Below the pieces are notes generated by a model that saw only the letters and a list, made by a program, of their open reading frames with translations, was not told where the DNA came from and made no database searches. Both the position numbers and the translations under genes were made by a program. This document shows positions 18,569 through 27,888 of a DNA stretch of 64,000 bases, piece by piece (positions within the stretch are counted from its first letter, which is position 1; the number at the start of each line of letters is the position of its first letter). This DNA comes from an uncultured bacterium (GTDB lineage: Bacteria > Latescibacterota > MWCZ01 > CAZVGZ01), in assembly GCA_964627605.1 (NCBI GenBank), contig CAZVGZ010000001.1:47325-111324 (forward strand), written 5' to 3'.

Positions 18569-21566
18569 GCGCCTCTACCCCCAATTCGTCGTCTTCGTGA
18601 GCGCGCATGACTTCGGTAAACAGGGTTTCAGCGCGGGACAGGTTGCCCATTCGCCTGTACACCTCACCGGCACCTAATCTGCCTCTGGCTGCCCAATGCT
18701 CGAAACTGTCGTATACGAGCGCGACTTTGAGGTAGGCATCTAACGCGCGGCCCTGGTCGCCCTGGCGTACAGAAATCTCTCCAAGGAGAAACTGTGCTTC
18801 CGCCGCGATCTCGTCGGCTCTTTCAGATATTACCGATTCAGCCTCACGGCTTGCGTCGTCATGTCGCCCGGACTCCATTATAAGCCTCACCAGCGCTATT
18901 CGGGCCGTCCCCCCGGAAAGACCTGTTCCACCAAGGCCAGCAGCCTCTCTGAACAGCGCTTCTGCCGTCTCAGAGTTGCCTGCGCTGCCATAAATGCGGC
19001 CCACTCTGATAAGGACGGCTGCACGCTTGGGGTGGGTCGGGAATTTTTTATGGTATCTGTCATATGCCGTGAAAGCTCCCACGGTGTCGCTCAGTGTCAG
19101 GTAGACCTCGCCAATCTGTTCCTGGGCGTCGGCAGCGATCTCCTGGGTCGAGTTTGCGACCTCAGCGAAAAGTGCGATCGCCGCATCGGTCCTGCCCAAC
19201 TGTACGAGACTTTTGGCCTCCCAGAACCTTGGTGATGATGGCAGCGGCGCGCTGGGAAAGTCTACCCAGACGCGGTGATACTCTACGGCGGCCTCGTCAT
19301 ACCTCTGGCCCTGGTAGAAAAGATCCGCACGCCTCAGTAGTAGCTGCGCCGACACCGGGCTTGTCGGGTTGTCGGTCACAAATCGGTCGGTCCGAGCTAT
19401 TGCCCCTTCCAAGTCGTTGAGCTGGATATAGGCCCACCAGATGCTTTTGATCGCATCGGGAACTTGGCGGACGGTGGGCCACCGGCGGAGCATCTCTTCA
19501 TACGCGTCGATCCCTTGGCGGTACTTGCCTTGGTTGTAGTACGCCTCTCCCATACCGAACTGCGCTTCTGGCGCTTTCGGGCTGCGAGGATATCTCACAA
19601 CAACGGCTCTAAAAGCACCAAGCGCCTGTTCGTACTCGTCGCGCTTAAAGTGCGCCCAGCCGATCATGAACTGCGCTTCGTCAACCTGTTTGGCATCTGG
19701 AAAGCGTTTGACGACCTCCCTATACGCCGCTACAGCCTCTGGAGCACGGTCGAGCCAGAGCAAACACTGCCCAACCTGGAACTGCGCACGGGCTGCCGCT
19801 TCGCCGGTCTCAACCGACACTACGAGCGCCCTGTACGATTCCAAAGCACGTTCGTAGTCGGCCTGGTTGAAATAGGCGTCACCGATGCGCAGGAGTGCGT
19901 CGTACTGGATTTCCGGTGATTGAGTCTTTGTCCGCGCCGATTCGAACTCGGTGATGGCTTCATTGAAGCGTCCTTGCTTGAACGCCGACCAGCCCATGCC
20001 ATAGTGCGCCTGCCCGGCGCGGTCGCTGTCAAGGTGGTTGGTTGTGACACGTTGATAGCTCTTGGAAGCTTCGCCAAAACTGCCCAGTGCGTAGAGAGCC
20101 TCTCCGATGAGAAAATGGGCGTCCGCTTCAAGAGCGTGTCCCGGCCACTCAAGTGTGACGCGGCGAAAGTCGCGCAGCGCCTCGTCGTATTCTGTGCGCT
20201 GGTAGAAGCACCAGCCCCTTTGAAACAGCGCGTTGGGCAGCATCGGCGAGATGCTGTCGGCTTTGACCACCACCGTGCTGTATGCGCCGATGGCATCAAG
20301 CAACCTCTGCTGTGCCAACCGGGTCTCCCCGAGCATGAAAAACCCACGCATCACCAACGGCCATTCCCCATATCGCGATGTCAAAATCTCAAAAGCGTCC
20401 GCAGCGGTTTCAAGCGCATTGCGATCGAACGCCAATGCGCCCCATTCAAACGCCGCGTCATCGGCAAGTGTGTCGGTGGGGAAATCGTCTACGAAGCTGC
20501 GCATCGCCTCTTCCGCCGCTTGGCGAAGCCCGATCTCTTTGTGCAGCATCGCCCTTCGAAAAACGGCCTGCGGTACCACAGGAGCATTCGGCCATCTGGA
20601 GGCAACCTGCCCAAAGGCGTCGATCGCGGAAGTCAAGTCTTTCTGCTCTGTGTAGGTCCAACCAACGCCGTATTGGGCTTGCGGGGCCAGAGGGGAGATA
20701 GGATGCTGAGAGACCACCTGTGTGTACGATGCTCGAGCGCGGTCAAACTCGCCCAACGCGAACTGACTTTCGCCCACCAGGTAGGATCCTTTTGCTCTCA
20801 CCGAGGGGTCCTCGACCACCTCTAAAACCTGTTCGAGCGCCCTGATCGCGTCGGAGTAGGCCGCCTGTTCAAACAGGCACTCGCCAAGCCCGAAACGGCT
20901 GTGGTCCACCAAAGAGTGCTCTGGGAACCTGGCGATTACCCCCTGATACGCCTCGGCGGCCTGTGTACAGTTTTGCCTCTTCTGCTGGACCCATCCAAGC
21001 GAATAGAGCGCGTAAGGCACCACATCGCCCTCACCGGTGGCGGCGATGGAGTAGTTGGATGTGGCATCTTCATGCTGTTCCAACGCCAGTTGCGCCTCGC
21101 CCAACCAGTACCTCGCCTCCCATATCAGGTCGCTATCGGGGTATTCGTCGGTGAGCTGGCCAAACGCCTGAGCGGCTTCTTGGGGTTGCTGGACACAATA
21201 GTGGCTCTGGCCGATCCTGTAGAGCGCATCGTCGTCCAGGGGTGACGCGCCATATTCGATGCGGAACTGGCCGAATCTGGTCAGGGCGGCTCTGTACCTC
21301 TCCCGGTGGAAATCGCACTCAGCAAGAAGAAAAGTGACGCTGGGTAGTAGCGGGCTGGAAGGGTGACGCCGCTGAAAATCTTTTAGTGCGGTCTCTGCGA
21401 GGTCGTAGTCGCCAGCTTCATGGAGGCGCTTGGCATATTTGTAATCTCGGGCTTCAACGCTGACGGGTTGGGCGTTGGAGGTCGCCCATCCTGACAACAG
21501 CAAAACCGATATCCACGCCATTCTTCGACGCAGGGTCATAGCGGCCAGGTTGGGAGTTGCCGACAT
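18543..21566 (-). CDS. Large secreted tetratricopeptide-repeat (TPR) protein
   Basis: 1007 aa. N-terminal signal peptide (MAWISVLLLSGWATSNAQP), then more than 20 TPR-like repeats (…A.Y..G…Y..A…F…P…). It is the first gene of the TonB-system operon. Confidence 0.8.
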   Translation of the reverse strand: MSATPNLAAMTLRRRMAWISVLLLSGWATSNAQPVSVEARDYKYAKRLHEAGDYDLAETALKDFQRRHPSSPLLPSVTFLLAECDFHRERYRAALTRFGQFRIEYGASPLDDDALYRIGQSHYCVQQPQEAAQAFGQLTDEYPDSDLIWEARYWLGEAQLALEQHEDATSNYSIAATGEGDVVPYALYSLGWVQQKRQNCTQAAEAYQGVIARFPEHSLVDHSRFGLGECLFEQAAYSDAIRALEQVLEVVEDPSVRAKGSYLVGESQFALGEFDRARASYTQVVSQHPISPLAPQAQYGVGWTYTEQKDLTSAIDAFGQVASRWPNAPVVPQAVFRRAMLHKEIGLRQAAEEAMRSFVDDFPTDTLADDAAFEWGALAFDRNALETAADAFEILTSRYGEWPLVMRGFFMLGETRLAQQRLLDAIGAYSTVVVKADSISPMLPNALFQRGWCFYQRTEYDEALRDFRRVTLEWPGHALEADAHFLIGEALYALGSFGEASKSYQRVTTNHLDSDRAGQAHYGMGWSAFKQGRFNEAITEFESARTKTQSPEIQYDALLRIGDAYFNQADYERALESYRALVVSVETGEAAARAQFQVGQCLLWLDRAPEAVAAYREVVKRFPDAKQVDEAQFMIGWAHFKRDEYEQALGAFRAVVVRYPRSPKAPEAQFGMGEAYYNQGKYRQGIDAYEEMLRRWPTVRQVPDAIKSIWWAYIQLNDLEGAIARTDRFVTDNPTSPVSAQLLLRRADLFYQGQRYDEAAVEYHRVWVDFPSAPLPSSPRFWEAKSLVQLGRTDAAIALFAEVANSTQEIAADAQEQIGEVYLTLSDTVGAFTAYDRYHKKFPTHPKRAAVLIRVGRIYGSAGNSETAEALFREAAGLGGTGLSGGTARIALVRLIMESGRHDDASREAESVISERADEIAAEAQFLLGEISVRQGDQGRALDAYLKVALVYDSFEHWAARGRLGAGEVYRRMGNLSRAETLFTEVMRAHEDDELGVEARERLENMR

Positions 21567-21789
21567 GGGTGCGTAAGGTCTTCAGTCACGTTGGAGTGAG
21601 TCGACTGTCTGCTTGCGGAGGTCCCAAGCCAATACAGTAAAATAGGCTGCGACCCTATCGGCGTCAATCCAAACCCTGGAGTTGGGCGTCACAATAATGC
21701 CGATATGTCGGCTTGATCAAGTCCCCTGTTCGCCCGGTCTGGCTGGGTCTACTATTCTTTATAGCAACGCTCTATGATCCGCATTTTCT

Positions 21790-21807
21790 TTGGTAGCATT
21801 CGCTACC
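21790..21807. promoter_or_regulatory. 18-bp perfect palindrome TGGTAGC-ATTC-GCTACCA in the divergent kamA/TPR intergenic region
   Basis: 7-bp arms with a 4-nt spacer, about 85 bp upstream of the 21893 start codon. Confidence 0.3.
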
Positions 21808-21892
21808 ATCTAGAGTTCTCTCGCGGCCTTCCTCTATCGTCAAACTAAACGCAGGCCACGGGTTTGGGGTCGCAAGGCTTTTCTTATATAGA

Positions 21893-23083
21893 TTGAGGCA
21901 CACGATGGCAGACACCGCTGACGCTCGTCTTGAGTTTATCGCTGACCTGAAACGAAGCGCCGATTGGAGCGATTGGCGTTGGCAACTGCGCAACAGGATA
22001 TCGTCGGTAGAAAAACTTTCAAAATACATCAGTCTGTCGGCTGAAGATCAGGCAGGTGTTAAGAGTGCTGGCGACGCCTTTCGCTGGACTATTACCCCTT
22101 ACTACGCCTCTTTGATGGATCAGGACGATCCGGCCTGTCCGCTGAGGCGGCAGCAGATCCCTTCACTGAGCGAGATGTCTGATGACGCCGGTGTCTCCGA
22201 TCCGCTAGGAGAGCAACGAAACTCGCCGGTGAAATCCATAGTCCACGTCTATCCTGACCGCGTAGCTCTCAAAGTGACAAACGTGTGTCCGACGTACTGC
22301 CGATACTGTTTCAGGGAGTATTTCGTCGGCGATCAACAAGCGCATCCACCTGCCGATCAGGTTGATGCAGCCATCGACTACGTGAGGCAACACACTGAGA
22401 TAAGAGATGTGCTGCTCACCGGGGGCGATCCCGCACTGCTTAGTGATGAGAGGCTTGAGGATATTTTTCGGAGGCTCAGAGCCATCTCTCATGTGGAGAT
22501 CATCCGTCTGGGTACAAGGACACCGTGTACTCTTCCTCAACGGATAACCGAGGGTTTCGCCAGCATGCTAGCCGCCTACCATCCGGTCTGGCTGAATACA
22601 CATTTCAATCATCCAGATGAGGTCACACCAGAAGCGACGCAGGCGTGCGATAGGCTGACTCGCGCAGGCGTTCCTGTGGGAAATCAATCGGTGCTTCTTA
22701 AAGGGATCAACGACGATCTTGATGTGATGCGCGATCTAGTTCATGCACTGGTGAAGATTCGCGTCCGGCCATATTACATCTTTCAGTGCCAGCTACTCAA
22801 GGGCACCGCCCATTTTCGCACTCCGATTGAACAGGGGATGTCAATCGTCGAACAACTCTGCGGTCACACTACAGGTTTTGCGGTTCCTCAATACATCCTC
22901 GATACCCCCCATGGCAAAGTGCCCATATCGTCCAACTATGTCGCTGGGCGCGATGGGGAGTTGGTCGTCCTCAAAACATGGGGCGGGCGTCTGTGGAAGG
23001 AGCCCAACGAGCAAGATGGAAATCAGGACTTGACACTACCGCAGATCAAAGCACCAGATGCCGAAACCATGGACACTTTTTAG
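21893..23083 (+). CDS. kamA: KamA/EpmB-family lysine 2,3-aminomutase-like radical SAM enzyme
   Basis: 396 aa. Radical SAM cluster motif CPTYCRYC (CxxxCxxC) and the KamA-family N-terminal region (YASLMDQDDPACPLRRQQIP). There is no C-terminal Zn Cys cluster. Confidence 0.85.
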   Translation: MRHTMADTADARLEFIADLKRSADWSDWRWQLRNRISSVEKLSKYISLSAEDQAGVKSAGDAFRWTITPYYASLMDQDDPACPLRRQQIPSLSEMSDDAGVSDPLGEQRNSPVKSIVHVYPDRVALKVTNVCPTYCRYCFREYFVGDQQAHPPADQVDAAIDYVRQHTEIRDVLLTGGDPALLSDERLEDIFRRLRAISHVEIIRLGTRTPCTLPQRITEGFASMLAAYHPVWLNTHFNHPDEVTPEATQACDRLTRAGVPVGNQSVLLKGINDDLDVMRDLVHALVKIRVRPYYIFQCQLLKGTAHFRTPIEQGMSIVEQLCGHTTGFAVPQYILDTPHGKVPISSNYVAGRDGELVVLKTWGGRLWKEPNEQDGNQDLTLPQIKAPDAETMDTF

Positions 23084-23178
23084 AAAGAGCTCGGCGGCAC
23101 CCGCTGGAAGATACTGCGACCCGGCCCAAACGCTGCGTCGCCCCAGGCTACACAATCGTTCCAGATTTGAAAGCGGTG

Positions 23179-26100
23179 TCAGGCGGCGGGTGCATCAACA
23201 TACCTATCTCTTGTCTCCGGGGTCAGGGCGCGCCAGACGAGGAACTGACGCCTGATCTCATTGAGAAGCGCCCGGCATCCGCGTCGCCACGAATCTCTTC
23301 CGCCGCTGTGCCTTAGCATCAGAATGTCCACAGCCAACATCCCCTCTTCGTCTTCGCGTGTACGCAGTGTCAGCTTCTGGCTAATTCCCAAATCAAACGG
23401 GGCTAGCCATACATCCACATTCAGAACATGCGGCATTTCCGTGTCTGGATCGGTCGACAGGGCGGCTGATTGCGTCGAAAAAGTCTCACCGATGGAACGG
23501 TCCTCGTACATCTCGAAGTACTCGCGCAGGAATGGCATTACACCGTCGGCATCGCGCCTGCTCAACATGAATGGCAACGGAGTGCGCAGGAGATCGCCCT
23601 CTGGCTCAGGCGGGGTCCACGAACGTTCAATCCCAGGCACGCACATCTGCGATGCGAGTTTTGCTGGCCAGATCGAAGATGACATGACCACGGCCATAAC
23701 CAGTACAATTGTCCCCACCGCCGATACTGATGAGTAGTTGAGTGTCAATCCCGGGAGGATGCCTGTCGCTGTGATGATTGTCGCGGCCACCTGCCCCAGC
23801 AGGTAGCCCAGTATGGCACCAATAGTCGAATAGACCGCCGCCTCAGCAACAAAAAGTCCGGCTACATGGGCAGGCGCCAACCCGATTGCGTTCAACACTC
23901 CTGTCTGTGTAGTTCGTTCGTATACTGCACCGAGCATCGTGTTGGTGACTATCAGCACCACTAGCACGATGGGAATAACGACTTCCCGCTCTCCCCGTAC
24001 GCTGGTCAACCCAACCGAGCGCATCACATATCGCGCTCCGTCTATCCCGGCGTAGATATTGATCCCTAAAGCTGGCATCCACTCATCAGCGGCCTGCGTA
24101 GTCGCTTGGCTGTCTGGCAACCTGACAGCCACCGACCTGACTGTTCCCCCCAACCTCAGCGCCCACACCGCAGGAACCACAACCAGTTCATCGCCCTTGA
24201 GGTGAACATAGATTGATGCCGACCCTGAACGCGACATCCCCACTGACGTTCTCTGCTCCACGGTCTGCTGCGCATCCGGTTCGAGAGGGGTGATCGGTTC
24301 TCCGTTCAGGTCCTGGACATCTGTGAATGCGGCAGAATCGATGATTCCCACCACGCGGAAATGACCGCCCAAAGTTGTGACCTGCGCCCTACCGACGTCT
24401 TGAGGCCCAATCTCAAGGCGGTCTGCCAACAGCTCGGACAGAATGCAACTCTGTTCATCGGGTTCATTGAACCAGCGTCCAGTGATGAGTGCTCGAGGGG
24501 GTACTGTAAGTTGGCTTTCGGTTGGCGACAGGCCCAACAAGCCTTGAATTACTGCCGACTTCGTTGGGCCGTCAGTGCGGCGCAAGACCATCGTGCTTCG
24601 TGCCCCCGCCGATGCTCGTGCCGGGCGCCATACCCTTTTGGCGGTGGTCGCACCTGGGGTGTAGCGAAACCGGTCCTCTATCCGCCGGGCTACTGGCGAC
24701 TCCAAGATGGCCCAATTGGGCAGACGAACGAGGAGGCCGTTGTAGGGGGCGTCCCTCCCGATCTCAATCTTGTTGAAACGAAGCGTCGAGCGGATAGATG
24801 TGAAGGAGAGAACAACGAATGTCAGGATCACTATTGTTCCGGCAGTCAGCCCTGTCCTCATCGGGCGGCGGCGCATCTGTCCGATCCCAAGCCTTGTGGC
24901 GGTGAAAAACACTCCTAATCGGCTCACGTCTGCGGTATGGTTCGTGACCTGTTCGCTGAGCGACTGGTGGAGTCGATGATTGAATTTTGAGACAGCGATG
25001 CCTGTCACAGCAAGGCTGAGCGCGAGGATGATGAACGAGAGGAGAAGAACCGACGGTGAGATAGCCAACGAGAATGCCGGGTGAGCCCACCTCAGGACCA
25101 GGAATGCCAGAGTAAACACGAAGGTCGCACCCAATATGCGCCCTCTTGTCCCTCTAGCGTCGATCAGAAGTCTCTCCACCATGTATGAAAACGGCAGCAA
25201 CATCGCCAGAAAGAACACCACACCGTGGACCACATCGTCGGTTGTTCCCCTCACATCGGTGTAGGCCCTCGACGTGTATCCCCACGCAGCGCGGGATGCT
25301 ACGATAAACCTCCCATACTCCCGGTTCTCAAGCGTCTCTCTGGCTTGTTCCAGAAGCTCTCCTGACCCGTAGTGCATCGATTGGAGCCGCGGATTGTCTA
25401 TCCCGTGGGACGCTAACAGGTCCAGCCGAATGCCGTTGAGCCTGTGGGTATCCGATCCAATCTGATAAGCCGATCTAGTTATCCTGCCGTTTCTGTCGGT
25501 GTCGAAACCGACCCCTGTTGGGTGTGCGTTGTCCGTATTTAGCGCTACAAGACGGCGGCCAAGGCCCAACTCTCCAAGGGTCATCACGAGTTTGAGGCGA
25601 ACGCCAGGTTGACCGAACGCAACTGCGATCGGCTCTACATCTGAGCCGAGATAGGTCTTGCGGCCACCGAATCCGAATATGCCTGCCTCCAGCGGTGTCA
25701 GTGGCAGGCTCGCACCAAACTTGACCGGTTCAGCCTCCCGGCCTGCCTCGACGACCATCATGTTGTCTAGGGTCAGCAGATACCGCGGGTCAACGATGTC
25801 GTACAGAGTTGCTGGCTGCGCTCGGAAGGCGACCACGGTCACTTTCATGTGACGACGATCCATCCTGACGCCTATCGGGTTACGCAGATCACCGTCGATC
25901 CCTAGGTCCGGGACATACTCTATAGCACCGGTTGTCGGATTGATCCCGTAGGCTTCAAAAACGAACGGCTTGTCGCTTCTGTAGATCCGGTCGTACTCCA
26001 TGCCAGGCACAACGAAACGGCCATCGCTGTCAGTGACGGTGATAAACTCCCCACGCACCGCAGACACGGATTTCATTTTCATCCGAGGGCGGACGATCGC

Positions 26101-27681
26101 CTCCACTATAGGTGTATTTGGGAACGGGCCTTCGGTGGGTTCAAATCGAACCACGCGACCCCTTACCACGCCAAGATGGTTTTTAGCCCGTTCTGTTGGA
26201 AAATCTGAGCGGGGGCCGTCAAAGGTTCTGATGAGATAGACTAGAAATCGCACCTGCTCGACCAGATTGGGGAGATTCAGCCTGTCAGGCGTGTCCAAGG
26301 GCGTGTCCATGTACTGACGGTCGTCGTTGCCGGTTACCGCAGTAACGGCGAGCCACCCATTTAGGGCGAAAGGCGCGGCATCTGTAGGAATCGCCTCAGC
26401 AGCAGTTGATCCAAGATACTGTCTCTCCTGCGACCTGCGGATTACTCCGCTTACTATCTTGAGAGTATCCAGATGGGCGAGCCTTTCATACGCCTGCGCT
26501 GTCGCCACCAGTTCTTCGGCATCATCGCCGAACTGAGTGGAGCGATGGTCGTTGGCGAGCACCGAATAGGGTGGGCCACCTTTCTGGAACCCGATGTGCT
26601 TGTCAGCCGTGGTGAGGTCTAATCCGACAAACGTCACCGGATTCAACCGCGCCACATCGTCTAACGTCAGCGTGCCCGCAGGAAGTTGCGACGGTACGAT
26701 CGTGTCGAACTCGCCCTCCCACAAACTGTCGAGGTGGGCTACGACATATCTCGCGGCGTTCTGCGCTTGAAAATGGCCTGGCATCGCCATCAGAATCACC
26801 GGGCGAGCGACGGGCCTGTGGGTCAGTGCGCGGACCATCTCCATCATACCAGCCATCCCGCAGGCGGCTTGTGCCCCTGGAGATAGGGCAGGAATTACAG
26901 ATGGTGCATCGTAGTACGCCGACAACACTATCGGCTGATCGGCTAGGTTGTCGTCGTGCCCTTCTATCAAACCGAGCAGCACGTCCGCTCGGACTCTTTG
27001 CCATTTCATGTCAGCCAAGATGTGGGCTCGGGGTGCCCGATCAGTCAAAAGCCTGAGCTGCTGAGCGGTTTCAGGCGGCGCGTAGAATCGGGGAAGGTCG
27101 GCGACGTTGGTTAGGAAAGTGTTGGACGCCTCTTTGCGATGGACATCATGTGGTGCCAGGAAAACCACCGCGTTCGCACCTAGATCAAACGCATCGGGCC
27201 ATCTCAATTGCCCAGGAAAATCAACGAGCGCTATCGATCCTTCGACAGGGAGTCCATCGAAATCGCCGTAGGACCCTGATTTGCCGTAGATCAGTGCGCC
27301 GGACAACCCTTTAGGCGGTGTCTGCGAGGTTCGCACAGCGTTAGGCCATACTGAGTGCAGCGGCCATTTCTTCCCGTCAACCTCAATTGACGCTCCCAGA
27401 TCCACTGGCATGACACTCGGCGCTGCCCAACGACCCAATCGGCCAACTCCCATTCTTCGCCATTCGCTCTCAATCCAATCTGCTACGGCCACCGCACCAG
27501 GGTAGCCTGTCGTCCGCGACCTGTGGGAGGTGAGCGCGGTGATCGTTCGCATAAGGCTGGTGGTATCCACTCTACTCGCCAGCTTGAAAAAAGGCTCGTC
27601 ATTTTCGGCCCTGGTCGTCGCCAGACTCAGCATCACAACGCCAACCACCAGCCTGAACGACGCAGGCGTAGACAACGTCAC
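23179..27681 (-). CDS. Giant fusion protein: N-terminal M28-like (PA-domain) peptidase domain, carboxypeptidase-regulatory-like Ig domain, and C-terminal MacB/FtsX-type ABC-transporter permease domains
   Basis: 1500 aa. Signal peptide at the N-terminus. The M28/transferrin-receptor-like region is (…GYPGAVAVADWIESEW…ALVDFPG…VVFLAPHD…). The C-terminal part has multiple TM helices with FtsX-like segments (VVIPIVLVVLIVTNTMLGAVYERTTQTGVLNAIGLAPAHVAGLFVAEAAVYSTIGAILGYLLGQ). No ABC ATPase gene is adjacent. Confidence 0.65.
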   Translation of the reverse strand: MTLSTPASFRLVVGVVMLSLATTRAENDEPFFKLASRVDTTSLMRTITALTSHRSRTTGYPGAVAVADWIESEWRRMGVGRLGRWAAPSVMPVDLGASIEVDGKKWPLHSVWPNAVRTSQTPPKGLSGALIYGKSGSYGDFDGLPVEGSIALVDFPGQLRWPDAFDLGANAVVFLAPHDVHRKEASNTFLTNVADLPRFYAPPETAQQLRLLTDRAPRAHILADMKWQRVRADVLLGLIEGHDDNLADQPIVLSAYYDAPSVIPALSPGAQAACGMAGMMEMVRALTHRPVARPVILMAMPGHFQAQNAARYVVAHLDSLWEGEFDTIVPSQLPAGTLTLDDVARLNPVTFVGLDLTTADKHIGFQKGGPPYSVLANDHRSTQFGDDAEELVATAQAYERLAHLDTLKIVSGVIRRSQERQYLGSTAAEAIPTDAAPFALNGWLAVTAVTGNDDRQYMDTPLDTPDRLNLPNLVEQVRFLVYLIRTFDGPRSDFPTERAKNHLGVVRGRVVRFEPTEGPFPNTPIVEAIVRPRMKMKSVSAVRGEFITVTDSDGRFVVPGMEYDRIYRSDKPFVFEAYGINPTTGAIEYVPDLGIDGDLRNPIGVRMDRRHMKVTVVAFRAQPATLYDIVDPRYLLTLDNMMVVEAGREAEPVKFGASLPLTPLEAGIFGFGGRKTYLGSDVEPIAVAFGQPGVRLKLVMTLGELGLGRRLVALNTDNAHPTGVGFDTDRNGRITRSAYQIGSDTHRLNGIRLDLLASHGIDNPRLQSMHYGSGELLEQARETLENREYGRFIVASRAAWGYTSRAYTDVRGTTDDVVHGVVFFLAMLLPFSYMVERLLIDARGTRGRILGATFVFTLAFLVLRWAHPAFSLAISPSVLLLSFIILALSLAVTGIAVSKFNHRLHQSLSEQVTNHTADVSRLGVFFTATRLGIGQMRRRPMRTGLTAGTIVILTFVVLSFTSIRSTLRFNKIEIGRDAPYNGLLVRLPNWAILESPVARRIEDRFRYTPGATTAKRVWRPARASAGARSTMVLRRTDGPTKSAVIQGLLGLSPTESQLTVPPRALITGRWFNEPDEQSCILSELLADRLEIGPQDVGRAQVTTLGGHFRVVGIIDSAAFTDVQDLNGEPITPLEPDAQQTVEQRTSVGMSRSGSASIYVHLKGDELVVVPAVWALRLGGTVRSVAVRLPDSQATTQAADEWMPALGINIYAGIDGARYVMRSVGLTSVRGEREVVIPIVLVVLIVTNTMLGAVYERTTQTGVLNAIGLAPAHVAGLFVAEAAVYSTIGAILGYLLGQVAATIITATGILPGLTLNYSSVSAVGTIVLVMAVVMSSSIWPAKLASQMCVPGIERSWTPPEPEGDLLRTPLPFMLSRRDADGVMPFLREYFEMYEDRSIGETFSTQSAALSTDPDTEMPHVLNVDVWLAPFDLGISQKLTLRTREDEEGMLAVDILMLRHSGGRDSWRRGCRALLNEIRRQFLVWRALTPETRDRYVDAPAA

Positions 27682-27888
27682 AAAATTCTCTTCCGCTGTT
27701 CGGGAGACAGTCTACCGTAGACACCAACATTCGCCAACAATAGACTCCGTGTCACGGGGTGTCAGCTTGTGCTTTGTGGCTCTACGTGTCTATCTTGCTT
27801 GGAGCCACGCCAACTCCCGCTCTCGCAAGAGCACCTCAAGATCGTCCCACAGCATCTTGGCTTCCAAAGAAAAGGTCCGCACGAATAG

